Shown here in pieces: positions 63,066-64,000 of a DNA stretch of 64,000 nt (positions are counted from its first letter, which is position 1; each line of letters begins with the position of its first letter). Where the stretch lies: assembly GCA_965637545.1 (NCBI GenBank), contig OZ281497.1:13516001-13580000 (forward strand). Direction: 5' to 3'. The notes under the pieces are model-generated. The model saw only the letters and a program-made list of their open reading frames with translations. It was not told the DNA's origin and made no database searches. The stretch is from Phallusia mammillata (taxonomy: Eukaryota). A program made the translations under genes and the position numbers.

Positions 63066-63738
63066 TGTGGTACAGAAAAGTGAATCACAAGAAAATTATC
63101 GTTGTCAAACGACCGCTGATGTTTGTGAATTGATTTTATTGCATGAGAAAATGCAGTACGATTCTATTTTGCTATGCAAATCGTTGTGTTTTGACTTGAG
63201 TTGTACGTTCCAGGAGTGTCAACATGTCAGTTTGTTACGATTGTTGGATTTGTCTTTTTGGCTTGAATAATTTGTAATGGGGCTATCATTAGTATGAAGA
63301 CTAATTTATATCGATAAATAATAAAATCGTGTCACGCAATATTGAATTTTAGTTGACCACGTGCGTATACAAAAACGTACTATTGACGACTTATTACAGT
63401 AAATGTTGTATTGTATGCACTTTAAACACTGCTTGCAAATAAAACCATGTCATGTACATATTTCGATATTTGCGGAAACGTAGTCTTTTAGTTGTTCAAA
63501 TGAAGGATTTTTTATGCTTGATTCGATTTGACTGAAACCGGGACAGATGTACTTTCCGATTGCTAAAAATATTACTTATAGTCAGTTACTTTGTGTGAAC
63601 AAATTCCATGCGTCAAAAGCATCTTTAAATATTCGCAAAGTTTGCTTATTGGTCGGAAAAGGTTATTTAATTAAGTCTCAAAAGTAAGATGTGCGTACGG
63701 TAACCACCACGACAGAAGTGTTTGGACAAGGCATGCGC

Positions 63739-63752
63739 CGTCACGCGTGACG
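63739..63752. promoter_or_regulatory. 14-bp perfect palindrome in a GC-rich promoter-like patch
   Basis: CGTCACGCGTGACG; probably upstream of a gene beyond the window end (inference). Confidence 0.35.
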
Positions 63753-64000
63753 AATCATTGAGCCGGTAATAAGAGCGGAGGCCGATTTGAGTTGAGTCAG
63801 CCTCTTTGGCCTTTGCTAAAGACTTTTACCCGCTAGTTGGTGCCTAAAACTCTTGTGCAAATAAAATATTTGTTGAAGTCATGGAAAGTTGACTAATGTT
63901 GTTGATTTCAACTTTCAAGATACTAGTCATCGGGTAGTCGCCATGCTTAGTATTGTTTCTCACAACGTTTGTAAATGCAACAAATGCCATTAAGAGAAAT

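Overview
AT-rich, gene-dense eukaryotic DNA with short spliceosomal introns (about 55-90 nt minimum). It is most consistent with a tunicate (ascidian-like) genome; this is inference from compact gene structure and the TERT architecture. Hand-spliced gene order: 3' part of OSBPL9 (+); an unnamed RING-finger/CAP-Gly-like gene (-); PRKCSH (+); SLC35D-family nucleotide-sugar transporter (+); HDGFL2/LEDGF-like gene with intronless CDS (+); KAT14/CSRP2BP (+); orphan class A GPCR (+); ankyrin-repeat gene (+); SHMT1 (-) head-to-head with a 16-exon telomerase reverse transcriptase TERT (+); TSG101 with intronless CDS (-) head-to-head with CC2D1/Lgd (+). Introns and spacers carry many hAT-type MITEs with 8-bp TSDs; no transposase was seen. 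No rRNA, tRNA or CRISPR array was recognised. Most notable: a ~790-aa TERT lacking TEN with a shortened IFD, a QGW motif B' and a probable GA-AG intron in the T motif; an E2F consensus site in the SHMT1-TERT spacer; the ESCRT-related head-to-head pair; the RING + CYLD-like CAP-Gly protein; and sharp CpG-content switches inside KAT14 and TERT. All exon models were read by eye and need RNA-seq confirmation.
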